32,000 nt of DNA from Candidatus Heimdallarchaeota archaeon (GCA_030668875.1 DAOVER010000002.1:60001-92000), one strand, 5' to 3'; shown: positions 9,568 to 18,554, numbered from the stretch's first letter. Notes: generated by a model not told the origin, from the sequence alone. Program-made: numbers and translations.

Positions 9568-9651
9568 CAAGCTTTAAAAAAAGTATGTTGATAAAAGATT
9601 TACGCTAAGTTTTGTAATAACTAATGTAAAACCTCTTGAGTTTCTATCTGT

Positions 9652-10938
9652 TTAGCTTAAATCTAGTGATAATACTGTTGAATTAGAGAGAATTTCAAAT
9701 AAGATTTTAGAGAAAGCTAGAGCAAGATTGGTCGGTGTGAACCTTTCTCCTTTAGTATGTCTTCGAATTTTGAACTGAAGTTGTTGAATAATCGAGGTTT
9801 TGTGCTCCTCAATCAAAGTTTCATGATCACTTATGAATTTTGCATAAAGCTTAATGTCTATCAAAGGAAGAGCCATTTGTGGATACTCTTCAAATATTTT
9901 AAACAAAGCATCTTGAATATATTGTAAAAATCGTTGGGGGTCTGCAATATCTTGTATTCCAAATTCCTCAATAGCCAGCCTTCTAAGAACTCGTTCTACA
10001 TTCTTCTCAAGAATTGTTATTTTTTGTTCAGTCAATTCTTTACGCAATTTCAAGGTTTCAACAAGTGTTTTTTCCACTACTGCTAGAATCTGTTCAATCT
10101 TCGAACGTTCTGATAATTCTTTTGTTGGACTATGAAATTGATGTTTGGAAATAGAAAATTGCTCACTAAGTAAAGTTTGTTTTTGTTCTATTTTAGTCTT
10201 CAAAGAATCCATTAATTTATCGAAGTAAGTGTTTATGAATATTTTAGTAATGAGATCGTATAATATATCCTCTCCTTGGGATAATGGATATATACTACAA
10301 AATTCGATGTACAGTTGCCCAGTTGATTTAGCTTTTTCTAGTAACTCATTTTTCTCAAAATAATTTTCTATACTAGATGCAAAGAGGGCTGAAATAAACC
10401 TCAAATCCATTTCAAATTCCCCAGCTTCAAAGCAAAAATTTGCTTCAGAGAATGCAGGTAGAAGATTCCTATTAATTAGAATAGCTGCAATAATATCATA
10501 TTCTATACCCATACCTCCTAGGTCAACCAAACCTTGAATAATTATGTTGGATGCTGAGAAAACAGCTTTTAGACATACAATGAAAGAGGATAATAACCCA
10601 ACAAATTCATCATCAGTAATTTGATTTTTCTTATTTGTTGCTTCAAGTAAAGCTGATATATCTTCTGCATAAGACTGTGGATTGTAATCTTTTACTATGT
10701 CTTCTGTTACAATAATTCCATAAACAGCTAAGATCATATTTTTCTTATGAGGTGAAAGGAATCCAATATCCATCTTTAACTGTTTTTTAAGTTCTCCAAG
10801 GAATGTTGGTTGTGTAATAATGAAGTTCTTAATTTTTGCTTCAAGCTTAGAATATAATCCCTGTACTTCTGTTACAATATCTAGGACGTCTTTTGGTTCG
10901 TAAATTATATCAATAGAATCTTTTAGCAAATCACTCAT
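9652..10938 (-). CDS. Hypothetical, largely alpha-helical protein with a coiled-coil segment, 428 aa
   Basis: Long ORF whose start overlaps the upstream stop by 8 nt (ATGAGTGA), implying translational coupling. No family recognised. Confidence 0.75.
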   Translation of the reverse strand: MSDLLKDSIDIIYEPKDVLDIVTEVQGLYSKLEAKIKNFIITQPTFLGELKKQLKMDIGFLSPHKKNMILAVYGIIVTEDIVKDYNPQSYAEDISALLEATNKKNQITDDEFVGLLSSFIVCLKAVFSASNIIIQGLVDLGGMGIEYDIIAAILINRNLLPAFSEANFCFEAGEFEMDLRFISALFASSIENYFEKNELLEKAKSTGQLYIEFCSIYPLSQGEDILYDLITKIFINTYFDKLMDSLKTKIEQKQTLLSEQFSISKHQFHSPTKELSERSKIEQILAVVEKTLVETLKLRKELTEQKITILEKNVERVLRRLAIEEFGIQDIADPQRFLQYIQDALFKIFEEYPQMALPLIDIKLYAKFISDHETLIEEHKTSIIQQLQFKIRRHTKGERFTPTNLALAFSKILFEILSNSTVLSLDLS

Positions 10939-12154
10939 CGGTCATTCCTCCAGCATTTGCATTGGTTTCTTTCACTAGTTCCTTGTATTCTGAGAGCTGT
11001 TTAACTTTGAGTGAGGGCGTCTGATTCCAATCTTTTAATTTAGATTTTTGTATTGCCTCTCCAAAAGAAAGTTGGTTTTTCACATTTTCCTTAATCTCTC
11101 TCATGATCATTGGCAATGATACTGCAGAGATTAAATCTATGTGTGAATATCTTGTATCAGTTACATATGCAAAAAGATAGATTTCATCTTCTGCTTTCCA
11201 GAAATAGTCAACTATTAACTTTACAGAATCATTTGTGGCTTTTGAATGGAAATTGGCGATAATCGGGAGAAGCACTTTATTTCCAAAAAGATCGTTGGCT
11301 AATCTGTTGAATAAAATTACCAGCTTTTTTGGCATCATAACGTCTTCCACAATCTGAAAAATTTTCTTTGGTTCAAGACTTTTGCTTGTGGAAATATCTT
11401 GTATGCTGTTAGGATAAACAATTGATACTTGATCTAAGTTAATATGAGGAGAAAGTAACCTATATTCTCCTCCACATTCGCAAGAAATTCCTTCATCCTC
11501 TCTAGAGATTAAAACTCGATTACAAGTACCCATACAGAGGTATTCATCTTGGATTATACTTGCTTTAACCATAAATAAAGTTGTTAACATTGGAGACAAA
11601 CCAGTTTTTTCACTCCCCCTCATTAAACTTCTTTCCTCAGAAATCTGCCAATTGTAGAATTTACCTAATTTGTACAGACCATTGTCAAGTTCATCTTTAA
11701 TCGCTATAGAAAATTCACTATTGTCATTTATTTTTGCTGTAACTCTTCGATATATCCCATTTATAGCTTGTCCAATGAATGCAATCTCATTACTTACTTT
11801 TGATAAACTAATTTCCGATAAATCTGTATGTAAGAAATTTACTGTATAAACATCATTAAGAGAATTTTTTGATAAATATATATGGGCTAAATTTGTTTCA
11901 GGTTTTTTGAACTCCCATTCGGCATATTGAACTGAATCAAGTACTATGTTTTCTTCTCTGTTTTCTTTAAACAGTGAAATGAGCTCAAACAGATCCATTA
12001 AATTTTCTTCATTAGCTAATTTTACGAAATCATTTTGAATGTCTTCAGGTCCGAAAAATTTCGCTGCTTGAAGAGGAAGATCATACTCCCCTCGAAGAAT
12101 ATTTGTTATAATCAGATTTAGATGTGATTTATCTGAGTTATTAGTTGTATCCAT
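10931..12154 (-). CDS. Hypothetical protein with an internal four-Cys zinc ribbon
   Basis: YLCMGTCNRVLISREDEGISCECGGEYRL. ATG 12154 is preceded by SD-like GGAG (caggagattacttgATG); TTG 12217 is an alternative start. Confidence 0.75.
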   Translation of the reverse strand: MDTTNNSDKSHLNLIITNILRGEYDLPLQAAKFFGPEDIQNDFVKLANEENLMDLFELISLFKENREENIVLDSVQYAEWEFKKPETNLAHIYLSKNSLNDVYTVNFLHTDLSEISLSKVSNEIAFIGQAINGIYRRVTAKINDNSEFSIAIKDELDNGLYKLGKFYNWQISEERSLMRGSEKTGLSPMLTTLFMVKASIIQDEYLCMGTCNRVLISREDEGISCECGGEYRLLSPHINLDQVSIVYPNSIQDISTSKSLEPKKIFQIVEDVMMPKKLVILFNRLANDLFGNKVLLPIIANFHSKATNDSVKLIVDYFWKAEDEIYLFAYVTDTRYSHIDLISAVSLPMIMREIKENVKNQLSFGEAIQKSKLKDWNQTPSLKVKQLSEYKELVKETNANAGGMTDE

Positions 12155-12284
12155 CAAGTAATCTCCTGATATGGTAAATTTGTAACCTAATTGATAAATT
12201 CTGTTATTGTTTTTCAATTTTTACATAGATTTTTTTGTTAAAATTATGATTTTCAATGAATTTAAAGTAGAGTTTCTTATTAGA

Positions 12285-12800
12285 TTAATCTTTATCTTGT
12301 TCTAGTGCTAGTTCTGCAATTTGTTTGAACATTGGGAAAAGATTTGCATTTTCTTTTGCTGATACTTCAAAGTATGTTGTATCATGTCCTTTTGCAAATT
12401 CTTCTCCTTCCTCCTTAGTGACTTCTCTTCTTTCTTCCAAGTCAATTTTATTACCAGCTATTATGACAGGAATTTTACCGATACCTTCCTCTAGTTTTTC
12501 TAGCCAGAAGGTAAGTTTCTGAAAACTCTCCTTTTTTGTAATATCAAAAATCAATACTGCAACTACTGATCCTCGAAAATATGTTGGGAGAACAGAGTAG
12601 AAACGTTCTTGAGAACCAGAATCACCAATAATGAGTTTGATTTCTTCACCATCGATAATCGTATTCCATATAAGAAAATTTGCACCTAACGTAGGTTGAT
12701 GAGTAATGGGAAAAGAATTTTGTGCTTGACGAAGAGCTATGGATGTTTTCCCTACACCTGGTTCTCCACATAAAGATACTTTGAAGCTTTTTTGCGTCAT
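12285..12800 (-). CDS. Rab-like small GTPase (Ras superfamily, Asgard type, no C-terminal prenylation motif)
   Basis: G1 GEPGVGKT, G2 PTLG, G3 GDSGSQE (atypical), G4 NKID, G5 SAK. RabF-like motifs LGANF, KLIIG, RFYSVL, YFRGS, LIFDIT. Ends ...ELALEQDKD. Confidence 0.93.
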   Translation of the reverse strand: MTQKSFKVSLCGEPGVGKTSIALRQAQNSFPITHQPTLGANFLIWNTIIDGEEIKLIIGDSGSQERFYSVLPTYFRGSVVAVLIFDITKKESFQKLTFWLEKLEEGIGKIPVIIAGNKIDLEERREVTKEEGEEFAKGHDTTYFEVSAKENANLFPMFKQIAELALEQDKD

Positions 12801-12884
12801 ACTATGGTTTCTGAATCCTTTCAAAGTTTTAAAGAGTTTTTATTCTACTAGCAGCAATATAGAAAAGAGTATAAGGAAAAATAA

Positions 12885-12891
12885 TTTAAAC
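12885..12891 (+). promoter_or_regulatory. Putative TATA box (TTTAAAC) with a purine-rich BRE-like run, for the small ORF-radical SAM unit
   Basis: aaggaaaaataaTTTAAAC ends 27 nt before ATG 12919. Confidence 0.45.
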
Positions 12892-12918
12892 ACTGCATTT
12901 CCAACATATTTGAACAGT

Positions 12919-13101
12919 ATGAGTGATGCAGAAAAATGTGGCGATTATGAGATATATTTTGAAAATGATTGGTGGGTAGTTAAAAATACAAAGGAAAACA
13001 AAATCATCGGAAAATTCATCTCAAAAGATGCTGCATTAGATAAAGTAGCTGTTTTTCTTCAAGACGAAGAAGGAAGAATGGAATCTGAATCTGTTTGTTG
13101 A
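12919..13101 (+). CDS. Small 60-aa protein; candidate radical SAM substrate (RiPP precursor) or small partner domain
   Basis: MSDAEKCGDYEIYFENDWWVVKNTKENKIIGKFISKDAALDKVAVFLQDEEGRMESESVC. Stop lies 5 nt before the radical SAM ATG. The track's longer 12739 version overlaps the Rab gene and is unlikely. Confidence 0.7.
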   Translation: MSDAEKCGDYEIYFENDWWVVKNTKENKIIGKFISKDAALDKVAVFLQDEEGRMESESVC

Positions 13102-13106
13102 TGTAG

Positions 13107-14456
13107 ATGCTAGACTGTGATTCTTCATACCATGTCTTTGAAGTCCATAATACTATCATTTTAATTGATATATACGCTCAAATGATTTGGGAACTTAATT
13201 CTGAAAGTGTTGGGAATATTAGACATCAAATAGAATCTCTAAAAAAATATGGCTTTTTTTCAAATGAGAATAATCATTTTGATGATATGGATATGGGGGG
13301 TCAAGAACTCAATTATATTGTTATTAATCCTTCAAATGAATGCAATCTCTCATGCTGGTATTGTTATGTAGATAGAACGGGAAATAACAATGTCAGACAT
13401 CTAACTCCTGAAAAGATATTTTCAAAGATTGAAATGTTTCTTGAAAATAAAAAGAAAAATGGATCAAAAACCCCCATAGCTTTCTCACTCTACTTTACAG
13501 GTGAAATATCTATTAATTTCCAAGTATTTCAGAATACTAGTAGAAAAATAGATCAGATTAGAGATAAATATGAGTTTCAGATATCACTTTTACTTCCTCC
13601 TACTAATCTTTTCAAACCTACAAAACAGTTTGTAGAGTATATCAATGATTATGGTTACATAACTGTTTCAATAGATTTAGCAAATCAACAACAGATTAGT
13701 GCGATAAACAAGAACATCAAGCTATTTGATGAGGGTGTAGTTAAACATTTGATTATTCCCATTCATTCAAAAACTAAAAACATCTTTAGTATCTATCAAA
13801 AATATATGAGTAGTTTTAATAAAGTTTCAATGAGACCTGTAAGAATAACTCAAAATTCGATTTTTCCTTGGACTAAACAAAGCCTAAATGAGTTCAAATT
13901 AGAGATAGAGAAATTTGTAGGAAAATTATTGTTGTTAGATGAAAAACAAGTAGCAAATTTTCTGATATCAATTGGACCATCGGATTATTTTGTAAAGTTC
14001 ATTGATTCGATATTGACAAGAGAGAAGAAGATTATACGGTGTCCAGCTGGAAGAACTGCAATAGCATTAGACCATAATTTGAAACAATTTCCTTGTTCTG
14101 GGTTAATTGGTGCGCGTGAGTTTCAGAAAGAGTATACTCCTGAGAAAAAGGGTAGCTGGGAAGAAGAAACATTATCTTCTGTAAATTCTGATAAATGCTC
14201 AAAGTGTGCAATCAAATATTATTGCGGGGGTTTTTGTGTCGATTGGGAATTCAAAGAGAAGAAAGGACCCATTTATAAAGAAATTTCTTCAGAGTGTTTA
14301 GTTAATTGTATCTACTTTGAAAATGCTGCGTATTTCATCCTTAAATTACAGAAAAAATACCCGTCTATTCTAAGAAACTATATTGAAAAAAAACAGAGAA
14401 AATTTAGGTTGAGTTATAACCTAAATCTAGATGATTTTACTAAGATATTTGTCTAA
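13107..14456 (+). CDS. Radical SAM / SPASM-domain protein with an N-terminal RRE-like segment (resembles CteB / thioether peptide maturases)
   Basis: CNLSCWYC motif. SPASM cysteines RCPAG...FPCSGLIG...CSKC..KYYCGGFC...C.VNC. N-terminal YHVFEVHNTIILIDIYAQMIWEL...LKKYGFF resembles an RRE. Confidence 0.88.
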   Translation: MLDCDSSYHVFEVHNTIILIDIYAQMIWELNSESVGNIRHQIESLKKYGFFSNENNHFDDMDMGGQELNYIVINPSNECNLSCWYCYVDRTGNNNVRHLTPEKIFSKIEMFLENKKKNGSKTPIAFSLYFTGEISINFQVFQNTSRKIDQIRDKYEFQISLLLPPTNLFKPTKQFVEYINDYGYITVSIDLANQQQISAINKNIKLFDEGVVKHLIIPIHSKTKNIFSIYQKYMSSFNKVSMRPVRITQNSIFPWTKQSLNEFKLEIEKFVGKLLLLDEKQVANFLISIGPSDYFVKFIDSILTREKKIIRCPAGRTAIALDHNLKQFPCSGLIGAREFQKEYTPEKKGSWEEETLSSVNSDKCSKCAIKYYCGGFCVDWEFKEKKGPIYKEISSECLVNCIYFENAAYFILKLQKKYPSILRNYIEKKQRKFRLSYNLNLDDFTKIFV

Positions 14457-14465
14457 ACTTATCTT

Positions 14466-14876
14466 CTATATAAACCAGGTAAATAGTGTTGGAAAGTCTG
14501 CTGACGAAAAATCGAGAACACCAACTAATCCCATTATTATTAAGAATACCCAACTTAATAGAAACCATAGTAGAAGTGTTCCTAATGTTGTAAATCCTGC
14601 ACTCTTATCACCAACTCCTCCTAAAGTAATCCATATCACCCAACATAGAAAGAATATTATGACTCCAAATAGAATCTTGAGGGCAGAACCCAATCCGTCA
14701 ATATATGCCCATCCAAAGACCCACGCTGTGGATATTACTGCTGATAGGATAATATTTAACCAGGTCCATCTTCGAGAATCTCTTCTAAACATAATCCCAC
14801 ACATTATTGCGGATGATATGTAGAAAAGAGCGAAGTTTATACCTACTACAGCTATAGTTTTCCATGGTTCGTCCAT
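14466..14876 (-). CDS. Small membrane protein (about 4 TM), unknown function
   Basis: Four hydrophobic segments. ATG 14876 (MDEPWK); TTG 14894 is an alternative start. Confidence 0.7.
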   Translation of the reverse strand: MDEPWKTIAVVGINFALFYISSAIMCGIMFRRDSRRWTWLNIILSAVISTAWVFGWAYIDGLGSALKILFGVIIFFLCWVIWITLGGVGDKSAGFTTLGTLLLWFLLSWVFLIIMGLVGVLDFSSADFPTLFTWFI

Positions 14877-14973
14877 ATTCTTGGAATACTTCAATCAGTA
14901 AATAAACTTTATTTCAGAGGAAAAGCAAGAAATTAGAAAAAGTTAAGCGCAACATTAACAAGATAGGAGTTGT

Positions 14974-16122
14974 ATGTTATTAATAATGATCTTCATTCCA
15001 ACTAAAGAAGAACATGCAAAGAAGTGTTTAATCTGCAATGAAGAGAAATTAGTGGCTAGTATCTTATCCGTTTGTAAAGATTGTTTGAGGAAAGGATCTA
15101 CGAAAGTTGCAGAGCTAATATTAAATGCTCATAAAAGAGCTAGATCCAACTATAATCTTCCTTTAACTGCTCCTAGTAGTGATAGAATAAGCTGTTCTTT
15201 ATGTAACCATAATTGCGGATTAGATGAGAATGAAACAAGTTATTGTGGTTTGAGATTTAGAAATAATGGTGTTAAGATTTCTACACATTCTACAAAAGAA
15301 ATGGGGTTGCTTCACTATTATCTTGATCCACTTCCTTGTAATTGTTGTGCAGCTTGGTTTTGTCCTGCAGGTACTGGGGCTGGCTATCCTGAATATGCTT
15401 CCAGCCAAACTAAAGAACTAGGTTTCTACAATCTATCTGTATTCTTCTATGGATGTTCTTTCGATTGTCTTTTTTGCCAGAATCATAATCACAAGAGAAT
15501 TGCTGATGGTACTAAAGTATCAGCATCCCATCTGGTTCAGAAATTTCAAAACAATCCCAAAATTAATTGTATCTGTTTCTTTGGTGGATCACCAGAACCT
15601 CAGTTTCCCTTCGCAATAAACGTTTCTAAACAAATACTTGAAATTGCAGAAACTGAAAATAGAATAGCTAGAATCTGTTGGGAATGGAATGGTTTCGGGA
15701 ATAAACATTATGTCAAAAAAGCTGCTGCACTCTCCTTAAAGTCTGGTGGTAATATTAAATTTGATTTAAAAGCATGGGATTCCAATATTCATCAAGCTTT
15801 AACAGGAGTGAAAAATGAAGTCGTATTGGAAAATTTTGAATATGTAGGTAGGGAATTCTTTGATTTAAGACCAGATTTGCCAATCTTGAATGCGACAACT
15901 CTTCTAGTTCCCGGTTATGTAGATGAAGTAGAAATAGAAAATATTGCTTCTTTCATTTCCTCAATTAATGAAAACATTCCATACTCATTACTTGGTTTCT
16001 ATCCGCAGTTTGAGTTTTCTGACCTTCCTCTTACTACTTTAGATTTAGCAGAAAAATGCTACAATATTGCATCAAAATATCTGAAAAATGTGAATATAGG
16101 AAATAGACATTTACTGTTTTAA
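14974..16122 (+). CDS. Radical SAM protein, PflA / AmmeMemoRadiSam-like family, with additional N-terminal Cys clusters
   Basis: GCSFDCLFCQN, CSLCNHNC...GLR, FFGGSPEP, WEWNG, FDLKAWD...H..LTG..N..VLEN, TTLLVPGY, LLGFYPQF. N-terminal CxxC pairs (CLIC, CKDC). Confidence 0.88.
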   Translation: MLLIMIFIPTKEEHAKKCLICNEEKLVASILSVCKDCLRKGSTKVAELILNAHKRARSNYNLPLTAPSSDRISCSLCNHNCGLDENETSYCGLRFRNNGVKISTHSTKEMGLLHYYLDPLPCNCCAAWFCPAGTGAGYPEYASSQTKELGFYNLSVFFYGCSFDCLFCQNHNHKRIADGTKVSASHLVQKFQNNPKINCICFFGGSPEPQFPFAINVSKQILEIAETENRIARICWEWNGFGNKHYVKKAAALSLKSGGNIKFDLKAWDSNIHQALTGVKNEVVLENFEYVGREFFDLRPDLPILNATTLLVPGYVDEVEIENIASFISSINENIPYSLLGFYPQFEFSDLPLTTLDLAEKCYNIASKYLKNVNIGNRHLLF

Positions 16123-16481
16123 CTGACTCTGAAGAAATGGCTTATACATTTTTTTTCACAATCACTATTACCAAATCCTGTTATAGGAACTGTTTTTTCT
16201 ATATCTCCGATTATTTTGGATAATTCACACTCTACTCTCTGTTTGGATAACACTCCTATTCCAATTATTTCTGAATATTTACTTACTGTAATTTGATCAA
16301 TATGCCAATGCTTTTTCTTTATTTTTCTAAGGTGTCGATGTAATCTAGAAGACAACCCACCCGCACCAAAAGCACTACCAATATAGATGTAATAGCCTTC
16401 ATTTAGGAGATATGTTTTTCCCCTTATTCTAATTTCAACTAATTTACTGAGTTTTATGAAAAGTAGATAAGTTCCTTTCAA
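16119..16481 (-). CDS. GIY-YIG / DUF123 (Uri superfamily) nuclease-like protein
   Basis: KGTYLL...GYYIYIGSAFGAGGLSSRLHRH...KHWHIDQ...EC.LS...GFGNSDC..C.SHFF. 4-nt convergent overlap with the radical SAM gene. Confidence 0.88.
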   Translation of the reverse strand: MKGTYLLFIKLSKLVEIRIRGKTYLLNEGYYIYIGSAFGAGGLSSRLHRHLRKIKKKHWHIDQITVSKYSEIIGIGVLSKQRVECELSKIIGDIEKTVPITGFGNSDCEKKCISHFFRVS

Positions 16482-16519
16482 ACCATAAGTGAAATTAATA
16501 ACAGATTCAGTGAGAATGA

Positions 16520-17554
16520 TTATCCCTCTTCTAGTTCAGAGGCTTTTTTCCAATTTTCCTCGGCTTTGTCTAGATCACCTGAATCTTCTTGAATATCTCC
16601 CATTAGCTGATAAATTCTGCTATCTTGACCATTGAATCGTTTTGCATCTTCTAACAGAGTCAAAGCTATTTTGTATTCTTTCGATGCCCAATGCAGAGAT
16701 GCTAAAGAAATGGAAGCTTCAATGAATGAAGGGTCAATGGTTAAACACTCTTCATAATTCTTCATAGCCTCCTCAATATTTGCAATTGATGCATATATAC
16801 TAGCTAAGTGGTGATAACCAAGTACATTATCTGGGTCTATTTCAACAACTTTGGTAAAAGCTTCTAAGGCCTGTACATGCTCTTGATTCAACTCATAAGC
16901 AGATCCCAGCTGAAACCATCCTGAAAGATTTTCTGTATTGACTTTTGTAACCTTCATAAAATAATTAATAGCTCTGTCAAAATTATCTAGTTCCAAGTAA
17001 GTTTGACCGATTTGTTGAAGTATTTGTTCATTGTCTGGATCAATTTGTTCAGCTTTCATTAGATTATTCCAGCTCTCAATGTCATTACCCATTTTACTAT
17101 AAATTGTTGCAACTATACCGAAAATCTCTAGTTTTTCATCATATTCTAGATATCTTAAGAATGCTTGAACAGCTTGAGGATACTCGCCTATATTATAATA
17201 TAAGTTTCCAATCTTTTCCCAGATTTCAAACCTCTTTTCATCTAACTCACAAGTTTTTTTCCATGAAATGATTGCTTGTTCCCAGTTCTTTAGATAATGA
17301 AAGATATCTCCAATGATGTCAAGAGTTTCTGCATTTTCACTTTGAATTTCTAAAGAATGATTAAGATAATTGAGAGCTGAATTTGGTTCACTATTTTTAA
17401 GAAATAGTCCCCCCAGATAATTAAGAAATCTAGGTGTATTTTCGAATTCAGGCAACTGTCTTTCGAGAAAACTGATTGCATCCTCTAGACTATCTTCACT
17501 GATTAATTCTTTAGCTCTCTGAATAATATCTATAAGATGAATATCGTCTGCCAT
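16520..17554 (-). CDS. Tetratricopeptide-repeat protein (about 9 TPRs)
   Basis: Consecutive 34-aa units (e.g. WEKIGNLYYNIGEYPQAVQAFLRYLEYD, WFQLGSAYELNQEHVQALEAFTKVVEIDP). Confidence 0.92.
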   Translation of the reverse strand: MADDIHLIDIIQRAKELISEDSLEDAISFLERQLPEFENTPRFLNYLGGLFLKNSEPNSALNYLNHSLEIQSENAETLDIIGDIFHYLKNWEQAIISWKKTCELDEKRFEIWEKIGNLYYNIGEYPQAVQAFLRYLEYDEKLEIFGIVATIYSKMGNDIESWNNLMKAEQIDPDNEQILQQIGQTYLELDNFDRAINYFMKVTKVNTENLSGWFQLGSAYELNQEHVQALEAFTKVVEIDPDNVLGYHHLASIYASIANIEEAMKNYEECLTIDPSFIEASISLASLHWASKEYKIALTLLEDAKRFNGQDSRIYQLMGDIQEDSGDLDKAEENWKKASELEEG

Positions 17555-17654
17555 CAATTATAAATCGCTGAATGTCACTTATGAATATTGCGTATTCTCC
17601 CTTGTAGATTTCAAACTAAGAAAGGACTTTTAAATTTCAAAACCGTTTTTAATA

Positions 17655-18554
17655 ATGCAGATGTTTCAAGTTATAACTCAACGGGATGACAAAATCGGTT
17701 ATCATATTCATATGTCAGATATCCCGAGTAAGCTTACCGAAGATTCAATCGTTTTTATGCCAGAGTTATCTACAAAACACCTACCTCATGTAAAATATGT
17801 TTCAAAATATACTCATAAGACAGGAGATATTATTATTAAACTGGTAAGAAGTGATGGAAATGATCCATTCGGTAGACCAAAGGCTCACTCTCATGGATTA
17901 GTTATTCCTTCAGAAGAATATAATCTCAATTCCTTATTGTTTTATGCTTCACCTTTAATAGATACAAATTACTTTGATGAGAAATTTGATGAACCACAAT
18001 TTCTAGATAGTAGTTATTTCAGAAAATCAGAAAATAGAATTCTTGAAAAATTAAATTTGAAGGATATTCGAGAGCTTATAGTTGCAGCTATGATCGACCC
18101 AAAAGTCACACTGCAACCTAATCTAGGGCAAAGAGAACTAATAGAATTAGCAAGTCTAATAGATAAAGCAATACCATTTGAAGCATCATATGACTTTTCT
18201 CTAATAACTTATTCAGACAGCAGCTGTAGTCAACATTTAGTACATAATATCCTTTATTTTTTTGATAAAAATGGAAAAATAGATAATAAATTAATAATAA
18301 AGAACAGAAAACCAAAGATTGAGAAAATAGCTAAGGAAGAAAAGGACTATCTTGATAATTACATTGAACTGATTATCGAAGAAAACTATGAAAAAATTCT
18401 AGAAGAACATGCTAAATGGGTTATAGGAATGTATTACAATGACTATAAAGAATTGCAGAAGGGTTTTACTAAACGTTTCCAGCTTGACATACCTTTCTCA
18501 CGTAGGAACAAATTTCATGCACGTTTGGTAGAATCACTTTCACATTTTGATTAA
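17655..18554 (+). CDS. Hypothetical protein resembling GAP1-N2/GAP1-M (DENN-like) domains
   Basis: GNDPFGRPKAHSHGLVIP matches the G.D..GR....H.L motif of GAP1 N-domains. ELASLIDKAIPFEASYDFSLITYS resembles the LP...SF.TY core of GAP1-M / DENN. Confidence 0.5.
   Translation: MQMFQVITQRDDKIGYHIHMSDIPSKLTEDSIVFMPELSTKHLPHVKYVSKYTHKTGDIIIKLVRSDGNDPFGRPKAHSHGLVIPSEEYNLNSLLFYASPLIDTNYFDEKFDEPQFLDSSYFRKSENRILEKLNLKDIRELIVAAMIDPKVTLQPNLGQRELIELASLIDKAIPFEASYDFSLITYSDSSCSQHLVHNILYFFDKNGKIDNKLIIKNRKPKIEKIAKEEKDYLDNYIELIIEENYEKILEEHAKWVIGMYYNDYKELQKGFTKRFQLDIPFSRRNKFHARLVESLSHFD

Noticed and set aside
12285-12320. Eukaryote-style prenylated Rab / eukaryotic contamination
   Set aside because: No C-terminal Cys motif, no introns, and the gene packing and signals are prokaryotic.
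12739-12918. N-terminal extension of the 120-aa ORF upstream of the radical SAM gene
   Set aside because: It is antisense to the Rab-like gene and spans the divergent promoter region. ATG 12919 has a well-placed TATA-like box.
12919-13101. SCIFF, darobactin or streptide precursor identity
   Set aside because: Only two Cys, and no WxWxK or KGDGW core, so it does not fit these known families.
14466-16122. Membrane protein and second radical SAM as members of the peptide-SPASM cluster
   Set aside because: The membrane gene is on the opposite strand and separates the two radical SAM genes. There is no evidence of co-transcription, so they were kept separate.
16119-16481. GIY-YIG gene as a homing endonuclease or mobile element
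   Set aside because: It is a short DUF123-type protein, common in archaeal chromosomes, with no intron, intein, terminal repeats or target duplication.
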